Assembly (NCBI GenBank): GCA_030141605.1
Contig: JAQGDQ010000527.1
Span: 89,473 to 153,472 of the forward strand
Direction of reading: 5' to 3'
Length of the DNA: 64,000 nt
Source: Tubiluchus corallicola
Taxonomy: Eukaryota > Animalia > Priapulida
The notes beneath the pieces were generated by a model, which was not told where the DNA came from, did not search any database, and saw only the letters and a program-made list of their open reading frames with translations. The number at the start of each line of letters is the position of its first letter. The first letter of the stretch is position 1. The position numbers and the translations under genes were made by a program. Below, piece by piece: positions 11,054-23,000 of this stretch.

Positions 11054-14000
11054 ATGTGGAGAGTATTAAATAATTTACCAAAGGGTGAGTGGTATAGAAT
11101 TATACCATAGAAATTAGAATAATACTAGTTTTCAATGCTTTAATTTCTTTTGCACACATGCACAATAATCATTACATAAGTTACAATGCTTGCTTGGGTT
11201 GCATTAATTATTACAATCAGAATGGCCCCAAATATGAGCATCTGTAGGGTCGTCCGAAATTGGTTATCGAAAATATTCGACAGTTCCCGTCATTACTGTA
11301 ACACACGAATCTGGAGTGTAGATCTTGTAGTTGTGCAGGAACTACATGATCAGCACCATTTTTATTGCCTCTATGGCTAACCCATTACTATGGTAATTTT
11401 TCATTTTGATTTGTGTTGACTTGTTAACTGTATTATGACAAACATTTAATAACAGATCCTATAATCGACCATTAAACTGTACACACATGAAGAATAATGT
11501 ACATAAACTTGACAGTCACAAAATGCTGAAATTGTTTTAATTAAGCACTGATTAATTTTCTGATCAATTTCACAGTCTTTAGGCAGGCTTGGGAAGGTTC
11601 GGCTGTACGTCCGTCGCAAGTGACATTTGAAGACGAAAGACGGTCAACATCGTCTTTTGAATATCGGTATGTAAAAAATGGTAAAGCACTTGCCAGCACA
11701 TGTTTTAAATGTTAACCCTTTCACATTGTTACACATAATAATTATTTTTTTCTACCTGTATCCCACGGGATACATTGGGATTCAATGGAAGCATAAAATG
11801 TGCTTCATTTTGCAACTGCTGGTAATTTTTTAAAGTATTTAAGACATTTAGTATGCAGACTATGCTGATCTGTACAAAGTCGTCTCTAAAGTACTGTACC
11901 TTGCGCAGTTTTTTATGCTATGTAGATTTTCTAGTTTGCCATTTTATCGCCATTTTTAGTCTATTGTTATTGGCTTAAATCAAAATAACTATTAACAGAT
12001 CAAATAAATGTCAGTTTTAAAATTTTATTAATCTTAAAGGCAGAAAATATTCTCGTATCCCATGGGATATAACGGGTATGAAAGGGTTAATGCTTTTCTG
12101 CCATAAGTTCGTTTCGTGTTGCTGAGAGTGCGCTGCAACACTATATTATAAAAGTGGCCAGTTGTATTTCAATTAAAACACTGCAGTGGGAACACCAAAA
12201 AAATTTTACAGTGAGTCCTCGCTTAACGGCGCTAATGCGTTCCAGCAAAATGCGACATTAAGCTAAACGTCGTTAAACGAAGTCAAGACTTCCGTCGAAA
12301 ATAATGTAAAAGAATCGAGATACGTTCCAGAGACAAAAATCAGTACTGCTTAAATCATGTAAGTTAATCATTCTATGAGTTTTATTCATATTTTTGTCTT
12401 ATCAATTAATGTCTTCCTGCTTGCTTTAAACCACGTATATATTTTACTTAGCAATACCTAGCTATAGCGGTTTCTCTTTCGTTGACATTTAATCCTAGTC
12501 AGTGGTTAAACAATAAGCACTGCAGAGTCAAAATCAAGGCCTAGTAACCTTGGGAATTTTACCTACATACTTAGTCTGGATTGCTATAGCAACAGGTTGC
12601 AGGTCAGTTGATACTTGATACAAACCGCTAGTAATACAGTAGTAGCATCAGTAGTCAGTTGGGAAGCAAAAACTTGCATAATAATTGCACTGTTTACGTT
12701 ACTAGTGCATTTTTAAAACAGAATGATGCAACACGTGTTGTTCTAATGCATCAAACAAGGTAAAAATGTTGTTGATCGAATAAAAATTTGCCTTGAGCGA
12801 AGTAAAAAATTTGTCGTTAAAGCGAACGTGTGTTGTTAAGTGAACAAGGTGTCACATGATCGGTATCTTTAAAACGAAACGTTGCTAAACGGGGAGTCGT
12901 TAAGCGAGGACTCGCTGTATGTCTAAGTTTAGAATTTCGGCAAAAGGTGTTCTGTGTCTAAGCCAGTTACCATGTTCCCTGCTTCTGCAGCAGTTTTAAA
13001 TGTGAGCCTGTGTTCACTAGTAGTTCCTGTTGAAATTGTAAAATTGGGTCCTTGTAGTACCGAACAGAACTCTACTAGTGTGTTTTAATCTGATATTTTT
13101 ATGCCTGTTATACAGTTTTCAGCGTTTAAAGGCAGATGGCAGCAGCCTCACAATTAATCGTGCTACGAAGAATAATGAAAAAGCGGAGTCCGAGGAACGA
13201 GCCTCTCCACGTGAAAAATGGAAGTCCGCTTTTCACCGACCATGTCACACAATATTTGAGGCATTTGGCTGGGTAAGCAGACTAAGTAGTTTTTAACTTC
13301 GTTTACAAGTTTTGTACCACTTGCATTGTCTGAATTTCTATAATGTATATTGCTTTTTTAAATTATTTAATGGAAATTAGGCAAAAAGAAAAATCGTTGC
13401 TGGAATTTGTATTCAAATCAAGTTTAGTGGGTTTTAACTTTTGCTCAGTTTGTTGTAAGGAAATGAACGTAGAATTTGTTTTACAGGCGAAATACTGTTA
13501 CACTTGTTCCTGTATGTTTATTCCTTTTTCATCCCTGAATTGATCAAAACTTGGTCCTGTACTTAGAAGATTTGTAAAACTTGGCCGCTAAATTGGTTTA
13601 TGTCTTTGCAAATGAACTTCAGAATAAAATCTTATGTCTAAAGAAAAATGCAACAAGTTTTCTTGGAGTGAATGCTGGGGTAGTTTGCTGTTTTTACAAG
13701 AAGTACAGCATAGCTGAAGATGAGATGAAGCTTTGCCAAAACAGAATTGGATCTCAGTCAAGACCTTGTTACATTTCTGGGTTAATTCTGCCTTGCTTTT
13801 TCTGGACTGCCGTGGTTGGTTGATGCGCAGAGAAACTAAAGTGTCACCGATATCCTTACTCTATAACACCTAAGTTTATTGCATTTAAGTGTATACCCGA
13901 AAAAGGTTTTTTAAATGAAAAAGTAACATTCTAAGATTATTTTTATGACATTTTTTCATTTCTGATTTAATGTTGATTGATATCATAATGCGAAATATAT

Positions 14001-17000
14001 TTTATATGTACATAGAGGAACACTATGTTAATCAACTATTATGTATATACATATAGACTAACTTTGTTATATTCCCGTTATCTCGCCATACTCGCCTCTC
14101 GCCAAAAATTTGCCCTAGACGGACAGTGGCGAGATAACGAGACTAGATTGTAATTACTTAATTATCCAATGTGTGGCAGGAAGACTGTTTCAAAAATGTT
14201 TGATTTTTCTGGCATTGTGTGTTGATGATTTTTGTGGGTTGTCTTTTGGTTACGTAATGCTCATGTCTTTATCTTTGCTGACAACGTTGTTGCGATTATT
14301 TCATTCACTTACAGGGTGCCGCTATCGTACTCGGCCTTCAACTACACCGTCCGTTCAGACATAGCTACCCGAGTGAAATCGAAGAGAGGAAGAAGCGCTG
14401 TTTACTGCACACGATCGTAGCGCTGACACAGCCGCATCCACTTCGACGAGGAATACTCCCACAGCCGGAAGACGGGGTAGAGAGAGGCTTAGACGAAGAT
14501 GCTTCCGGGGTGGTCACCGAATCGGAAAACGTGCAGGGGGATGAGGGACAGTCTGTGCAGAAGGTAAGACTTTAGGAAGCAACGACTGTTTTGTAAAGTC
14601 TATCTGTCTATCTGTCTTTTCATCTAGTGACATTTTGGAATATACCTCTTGAATTTATCAAGTATGTACATGCCAAATTTATTATACGAGTACAGTAGGT
14701 TACGGGAAACGTATTCTGTCATTGACCACTGGTCACAGTAGGGTACGAGAAAGGTATTCTGTCACTGACCACTGGTCACAGTAGGGTACAAGAGAAAGGT
14801 ATTCTGTCACTTACCACTGGTCACAGTAGAAAGGTATTCTGTCACAAGAAAGGTATTCTCTCATTTAGCACTGGTCACAGTAGAGTACGAGAAAGGTATT
14901 CTGTCACTGACCACTGGTCACAGTAGAAAGGTATTCTGTCACAAGAGAGGTATTCTCTCATTTAGCACTGGTCACAGTAGAGTATGAGAAAGGTATTCTG
15001 TCTTTGACCACTGATCAGTATCCTCTATCCTATTAACTGCCTTGCTAATTTTTTTGCTGTCTATCAGCTTTCCAACTTTCAAGGTCGTGTTGCAACATTT
15101 TGTCACGTGCTGACATCTACTGTGTAAATATAGCGTGGATCTAAATGCATTTCACGTTCATAACTGGAATGCACCTTAAATTTAAATATATGGTTCACAG
15201 GGTATGAAAGATGTGTTGACCTGTGTCAAATAAATCATAAATCAAAGGTCATTTGAAGGTCAAAAGAATAAGAATATCAATGTGGATTATAAGGGCCGAA
15301 CTAGAGAGAATTTATGTGAGGAAACATAGCGCTGGGTTTCAAAGCCTACTATTTCAGGGCTCGGTAATATAGTCACAGGAAAAAAGGCATAAGTTTGGCT
15401 GGGAAAAAGTCATAAGAAAAAAGTGTTTGAAGTTTTGGTTAGGGTTAGAGATCGGGGTTAGGATTAGACTTAGGGTTAAGATTATTGTTATTTCTTTTTT
15501 CCTGTGCTTTTTGGGTGAATTTTTTCCTGTGACTTTTTTCTGTGACTTTTTTACGTGTGACTTTGTTCTGTGACTTTTTTGCGCGGATTCACTATTTCCA
15601 CTTGTATGTTTATATAAAAACTACGTGGCCAACATCGAGTGTGCCCCGCTTTTCTTACCGGCATACATTATTGAGTGTATTAGCTAGTAGTACAGCAATA
15701 AGAAAACTTTTATTGCATAAATGGGAGATTGGTCAGTAATGCGCAAACTTCCCCATTTATTTTTGCATTACTGACTAATTCTGCAGCCTGCAGTAGATGA
15801 AGAAAGATTGCGTTTTGTTTATCTGTAATTTGTTTTCCCACTAATGCTTGTTTACGCGCGTTTTGATAAATCTGCAAGTGCTGTCATCTAGTGTTTATTG
15901 TCTAATTTATTCTTCCTGTCAGGTTTTATGGCCTCTTCTACTGTACCACTATTTTTTTTCTTCTGATGAACGTCAAACGTGTTCAGTGTCTACTATTAAA
16001 TGTTCATCTATTTACAGAAACCAAACAATTGGGATTTTGTGAAACGGGAGTTTGACGTGGCTAGAAAGAAGGCATACAATGCATATGGACTGCACATGGC
16101 ACAAGTAATGCATTGAATAACTTTTATTGTTTGTATAGAATGATTAGTGCATATATCATTATCTCTCATTATTTTATAAAGTCTCTCATTATGTGTGTGT
16201 GTATATGTATATATATATATACATAATGAGACTACGGCCAAATCACGTTGAAAACGCCGGTTCTCGTCTGATCACCGAAGTTAAGCAACGTAGAGCTTGG
16301 TTAGTACTTGGATGGGTGACCGCCTAGTAATACCATTTGCTGTAGGCTTGCGGGATGCCCACACTGTATGTCGACACTAGGCGGAGGAGCTGTACAAGCA
16401 GCCAACGGCTAGAGGGTGGAGGAGGTCAACTGACCCAACGGGAATGTGTAGAGGAGTAAACCTTCCAAATCAGGAGTGGAGCCACGAAGGCGGACCAGTG
16501 CAGCATGCTCACTGACTCCGGCAGCTCCTGCAGCCAACCTGGTGCCAAACATATCGCTCCGCTTTCCTTTGGACTACACCAGGGAAGAAGAGAGGGGTTC
16601 CTGTTGTCTGGGCAACTCAGGATCTCCATACACCTTGCCCAGGCGTGCGCCCTGGAGACGTTCAAGGATCGTACTGCTCAGTCACAGTCGACGCTGCAGC
16701 TCCATCAATGTGATCAATAACTGACTCTCTTGGCGCACACTCCATTGTCTTCCGAGACAGAAGGATGCCAACCAACCAACCAACAACCAATACACAATGA
16801 GAGATTTTGTGTTATAGCAGTGGTAACGATGTGTACTTAGTGACAGAAATTAAGCGTAGCCGAGCCTGGTTGATAAATACATAGGTGACCACTATAAAAA
16901 CTGCTTCTATGCATTTTGCTGCAGTCTGTCTCGGTAACAGAGCAGTGCTAGCAGAGGACGGTTATGCAAACGAATGTGGTGAAGTCTACTGTTTATTGTC

Positions 17001-20000
17001 TGACCGTAGATTATCGAGGATTACCACCAGGGATGTTACCAAATCTGAAATTTGTGAAACATAGGAATCCGAAACGAAACTGAACCGAAGCCATTTCTGC
17101 AATACCGACTGAAACGAAGCCATTTCTGCAATACCGACTGAAACGAAAGTGAACCGAAGCCATTTATGCAATACCGACTACTATCAAAACTGAAAAATTT
17201 TGAAATAGATAAAATACTTTGTGATACAAACTTGTAACAGGTGAAGTAGCTAGGCAAAAAATCTTAATCAAAAAAAGTAGGACAATGTTTATGGCTAATG
17301 ATCATGATATGCCTCAAAAAAATTACAAATTTTATTTTGTAAATATTTTGTTAGTTCATTATTGCTGCTCTATAATTGATGGACATTGATTTTTAATATA
17401 GTTGTTGTTTTTTTTGTTTATTATGGAGAAATCGAAAATCAAACTTGATTCCTGTGCAAAAAACGAATTAAAATCAACTTTGTGTTTTAAACAGAAATCA
17501 GTCTGAGTGGACAGAAGTTGGCCCATTTTGCTATCCAGAAGAAAGTTTTTGCAATATGCTAACTTTTGTGGTTTAATAAGCTTTGAATATAAGTACTAAT
17601 AAGTCTGTGGGTTCGAAATGTTATGGTATCTGTTATAAACTTTCCTACTTAAAACTGAGTTGATTTTTAATTTTAAAATTGATGCCTCGTCTGTTTATCA
17701 CTGTGTTATTATGTTTGTTTATAGTTATTGACCTGTTCACATAATTTTTTTCTAATTTTAGTGGACTATGTTCACATGATTTTTTTCTAATTTTAGTGGA
17801 GTCTGTTCACATGATTTTTTTCTAATTTTAGTGGAGTCCGTTCACATGATTTTTTTCTAATTTTAGTGGAGTCCGTTCACATGATTTTTTTCTAATTTTA
17901 GTGGAGTCTGTTCACATGATTTTTTTCTAATTTTAGTGGAGTCTGTTCACATGATTTTTTTCTAATTTAGTGGAGTCTGTTCACATGATTTTTTTCTAAT
18001 TTTAGTGGAGTCTGTTCACATGATTTTTTTCTAATTTTAGTAGAGTCTGTTCACATGATTTTTGTCTAATTTTAGTAGAGTCTGTTCACGTGATTTTTTT
18101 TCTAATTTTAGTGGAGTCTGTTCACGTGATTTTTTTTCTAATTTTTAGTCGAAGCAGTTTGAATCAGCAGCTGCATTGTTTAAGACTGCAAGCTCGCAGG
18201 GATATGCTAAGGCGCAGTATAATCTGGGAATTTGTTACGAACGTGGCATCGGTGTTAAGAAAGATCTTGTTGAGGTTAGTAAGCCAGGCCCTTCTTTGCT
18301 TTTTTATATTATATAGACCATTAGTAGTGTGTATGTGTGAATAACCAAGTGGTGATGTGCTTGTGTTGTGTGATATAAGTTAAACAACATCGAGGTTGGT
18401 CACTAAATGGACGGGTGACTGCTTTCAGTACTAGTTCAAGGTTGGTTTTACTCGGTGTACTGGTTCTGGCTGTTTACCTCATATAGGGTGGATAGCCATG
18501 GTCAAGGCAACCTCTGCCAGTTCAGTAGCTCATCTTAATGCACTACGTTTAATAATAAGCAGAATTTTGTCTTGCCACAACCGTCTATTCATGAAAAACA
18601 TGTTTTGACTTGCTGCATTATTTGTTCATTTATTATGATTATTGCCTCTTGCTTAGGCTGCAAGCTGCTACCACAAGGCTTCTGCTCAAGGTCACGCAAT
18701 GGCCCAGTACAACCTGGCCATCATGCTTCTCTCGGGGCAAGACGGAAGCCGCAATGCTGAAGCCATGGATCTCCTCACTAAAGCTGCCTACGGTGGCGTA
18801 CGGGAGGTAAAAACTGATGTGCTTCTAATAGTGAAATCTTTTTTTCTTAAATTTGCTGGATTCGAGTCGCAGTGGAGGTGCAAACTTTTTCAGACTTTGC
18901 AATTTAGTATTGCTGTCAAGAGTTAATGATTTGAGTTTACCAAATTTTTCAACGTATGGCTGGGCGCCAGTGGTGTTTGCTGCATTTTCACCAATTTTGG
19001 GTATGGTTTGAAGAAACCAAAAAACTTGAAATTTAGTTTCAAGATTTTATTCTGAAATGTCTGCAATAACAGTGAAGTAGTGTCATGTTGAAAAGCAGAA
19101 AACCAAGTTACCAAAACTACAAGTGAAATCATTTAGGTGTGAAAACAGGTTTAGAAATTATGCATTCATAAAGACTGTAGAAGCCAATGAAAATTTAAAC
19201 AGGAAAGAGAAAGCTTCAACAATTTTAACAAGAGCACCTGAAGGTGGCAGCACTATCCAAAACTAAAAAAGTATAATGACATTAGGATAAATATACAACA
19301 TAAATTTAAATTTAGAGTAATTAAAATGATTTTCTTTTGTCCAGGGTATTTAGAGAAATGTATTTCACTATTAAATTCTCAGCCGTTCAACGTCGCATCG
19401 TCTTCCATGTTTGTATCTGCATTATGGTAAATTAAATGCACATTCCTGATTTATTTAGATAATTGTTTTTTTTGAGATGTAAGCAAAGTTTCCTTTCAGT
19501 TATTATCAAAATGTAATTATAATTGTGGTTTTTTTTAGTCAGTCAGTCATAGTCGGCTTTTTTACTTTTCAAGTCGCAGCTGTTTCAACCATTGCTGCGT
19601 TAATTTGTTATCTGTGTCATGATTGGTCTATTTTTACAGGCTCAGACCTACGTTGGGGAACATTATTTGGAAAAATTTCAGTATGAAGAAGCTGTTCCTT
19701 TATTTCAGAAAGCTGCTAAGCAGAACGTGAGTCTGTTTGTCAACAAAATTATCTGGTGTGAACAGATCTTAACTGTCCGTAAATACCAGATCATTATATA
19801 TGTGAAACTTGAGAACAACCGGCTTGTTTTTCGCAAATTTCGAACTTAAAATGAACTGTAAAGCTAGAGAGAGCAAGAACATCATAAATTTATTACATAA
19901 AACATATAATAAGCATAACAACATTTATCGTGTGTTCAGCAAAACACACTAAATGCAGTAAAATCCTGAGGCATGTGTCAGCATGTAGCTCGTGTCATTA

Positions 20001-23000
20001 TTAGTGGTATGAACCAAGTACAACAACAAAGCAGAGATGAACAGATCGGCTAATTTGCAAATCCGTAGCCCCGCTAGAAATCCACATTTTTTTCTTAACA
20101 GCCATCCACAACTGCACCACGCCTAATTATTTCAAATCCATTTCCATTCCCGGGGCTAATTTTAAGTATAATTCAATTTAAGACGATGGAAGTGAATTCT
20201 TTCAGCAAATCCCGTGCAACGAAAACTTTTGAAAATCGCACATCTGCCACATGTACAAGCGTGCGTTAACAAAATTGGTCTGCGTTTGGTCCGCTTTGCC
20301 ATCTGTATCCCGATCTGGAAGACGGGAACAAATGAAATAATCGTGAATGTTAGGTAACATCAGCACAACAAAGTAAAAAATGGCTGCTAAATACAGAGTG
20401 AACTTCCCTTGACTCGTACACGTTAGGGCGTGGTGAAAAAAACTTCTAATCCAATCTTTTTACAACTTTACAACATTGGAAAGTAACTTGCAGCAAATTT
20501 TGCTCTCTAGTCTGAACGTTGTATTATTAGAATACGTGAGAAATGTGGGTGTTGTTATGTGTGCTAGTTTGCATTACACATTTGGTTGTTCACTATATTT
20601 GTGAAAGTCATTTTTGAAGTTGTTGTTCAGTCACTTTGTTATGATTGAGTTTAGGCACAGAGAAGTATGGATAGGAACCAAAAATCTATAATAAATATTT
20701 GCACTGCACACAACAGAAAAGTGTTTATTGAACTATAGAAAACATGAGTAGCAAAACTGCTGCACTGAACACTGAGCAAAAACTAGAAAGCAAAAAACAG
20801 TCAGTAAAACCTGTTTCACAGCCAGTATACAGGTATAGAACTTGACCTATGCAGAGTTGTACAGGCTTCACAACAATCATTAATTTTAGATAGGGAAAGG
20901 ACCAGTGTGTATGTATTCACTGCACCATACAATTAAACTGAAGGTAAGTCAGCTGGTAGAATGTAACAGGATTAGCACATAGATGGCAGCACCTAGTTAC
21001 AATGTACAATTCCAACTTCCACAATATTGTTGAATGTCTGAACTTGCTAGTCTGAACACATCATTAGATAGTTATATACCTTACTGACCAAACTACATTT
21101 CGTTTTTTAACTGTTAACTAATGTTAATGTAAATGTGTATTTTCTGTTTTTTCTGCGCATCAGGACACACAGGCGGATTACTACTTGGGTATGTGTTACG
21201 AGAACGGTTGGGGCGTTGAACGTGATTTGTCTGCATCATTGAATCATTACTCAAAAGCATCTAGTGAAGGACATGTGGTGGCCACTCATTGCCTAGGCAT
21301 GTTTCACGAGCATGGCTTAGGAGGTAACATTTGTTTGGAGGGGTGAATTTTCGTGGGGAGGATGTCAGTTAAATGATGTTTAAATGTCACATGTTTTTGT
21401 TGGATAGAAAGTGCAATATGGGACACGTGATTATTGGTAACTTTTAAGTCAGGGGTGTGCAAATTATCTGACTAGCCGGGCCACATGAAACTTTCCCGCA
21501 ATTCCTGCGGGCCACATGCAGTTTGATCAAGGAGCCAAGTACAGAAAGGCCTAATAACGATTTTTTTGCATCCGATCTGCGTACATCATTACTATTACAC
21601 TCAAGAAACTATTTTAGAAGTTATTAAAATTTATATTACAAACCATATATTTCTACTTTCAGGACAAATTGTGGTAATTTCATTACAATGCATATTAGTA
21701 ATGTGTATCACACAGTCTGTGTAGTACAGTGACATTAAGCTACAACCGTCTTGTAAGGGTTAATGGCATCCGATCTAGTAGAAAAAACTACCCGCACTAT
21801 CTTTGGGATCGTGGCACGGACATCAGCTGGATACACTCAATTAATCGCCCGGGCCGCACTTTCATTAGCTTGACAAATCTCTTCGCGGGCCACAATTTGC
21901 ACACCCCTGGTCTAAGTCATCATTTGAGACAAGATTCCTTGCTAGAAGTTGCAAAGGAGTGTTGCTTGGAACGATTTAGGATATCAGAACTTTTCTAAAG
22001 TTGTTTGAGAACGGTCAAATTGACGTCCATGTGTGTAATTCGACAGATAAACTGCTGTATAGGGGCATGTCGATTAAGATAGCATTTGGGAGCAGAAAGT
22101 TTTCCAAGGAATAACTGCTTTGTTATTACGATTACTAAACAAAATTTGATAATATCCTACCATAATTACTTTTTGCTTTAAATACTTATTAAGTCTGTAA
22201 TAAGTACTTATAATAAGTACTAATATGAATTTTTACTTCTTAGTTAAGGCAAAACCTGACTCAATCTTAAACTATAGGTCAAAACAATCTATTCTTTAAA
22301 ATATTGAAAGGAAACATACTATTTTTTAAAAATGACTTACATGAAAGGATTATTACCGCACAAACACAATTTTACGTTCGCTCCACTAGTTCTTCATTGT
22401 TACATGCATTTCGCCATTTGCTAGTTACACAGGCACTAGCATCTGCATTTCGGAAATGCATTGCAAAAATACAGGTGCTGTACCCAGATGTGTTAGCTTG
22501 TGATGAACTGCACACGTTCGACGGCTCATGCGTGACCATAGCGGTAAATTTGAAATTTGAATTTTTATCTTAAAGTTTGCCTAGCTTTAGTAGAGCACGC
22601 TGAATATCTTACAGCGGCACTGTACTTCAATTTTCGCTTTCGCAAACACGTTCTACGTGCTTGTGGAATATTTTTGCTGTTGAAAATTATGTTAGTTTGT
22701 GATGTCATCAATAATTGGGCTCGCCCGCTGTTAATTAAGATTTTAATCTATTATTTAATTATCAGAAATGCCTTTGCAGTATTAGTCGTGTTAAAAAGTA
22801 TACTTTTTATCGGACTTAAAAATGGGGTGTATAAGAAAAATCATCCTGTCTTCCTATAACGTAGAATTTGGAACATTTTTTTGTTCATTGCAGGAATGCC
22901 AGTAAACAAATCATTTGCACAGGAACTTTATAAAATAGCTGCGGAAGCCGGTGATGTCACAGCCAAGTTTGACTTGGAGCGACTGCAGGCTTGGGAACAT

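Noticed and set aside
15068-15124. Extra DELE1 exon
   Set aside because: It has an acceptor-like site, but it runs into a stop or breaks phase. Exons 14563 and 16018 already join in frame.
15436-15480. Interstitial telomere
   Set aside because: Only a few degenerate TTAGGG units, inside a small inverted-repeat element.
16232-16349. Functional 5S rRNA gene (also 3200-3306, 23184-23293)
   Set aside because: Dispersed, no T4 terminator, fused to a shared repeat body, flanked by TSDs and carrying stem-disrupting changes.
16380-16439. Canonical hammerhead or HDV ribozyme in the SINE
   Set aside because: The catalytic G12 equivalent is C, and I could not build stems I/III or an HDV double pseudoknot by eye. 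It is kept only as a structural motif.
16426-16724. Recurrent short ORFs MEPRRRTS.../MLTDSGSS... (also near 2718-3116 and 34405-34650)
   Set aside because: They lie inside SINE copies, with variable ends and no recognisable domain.
18340-18545. Additional degenerate 5S/tRNA-like SINE remnants (also ~16840-16895)
   Set aside because: Too diverged to delimit or classify by eye.
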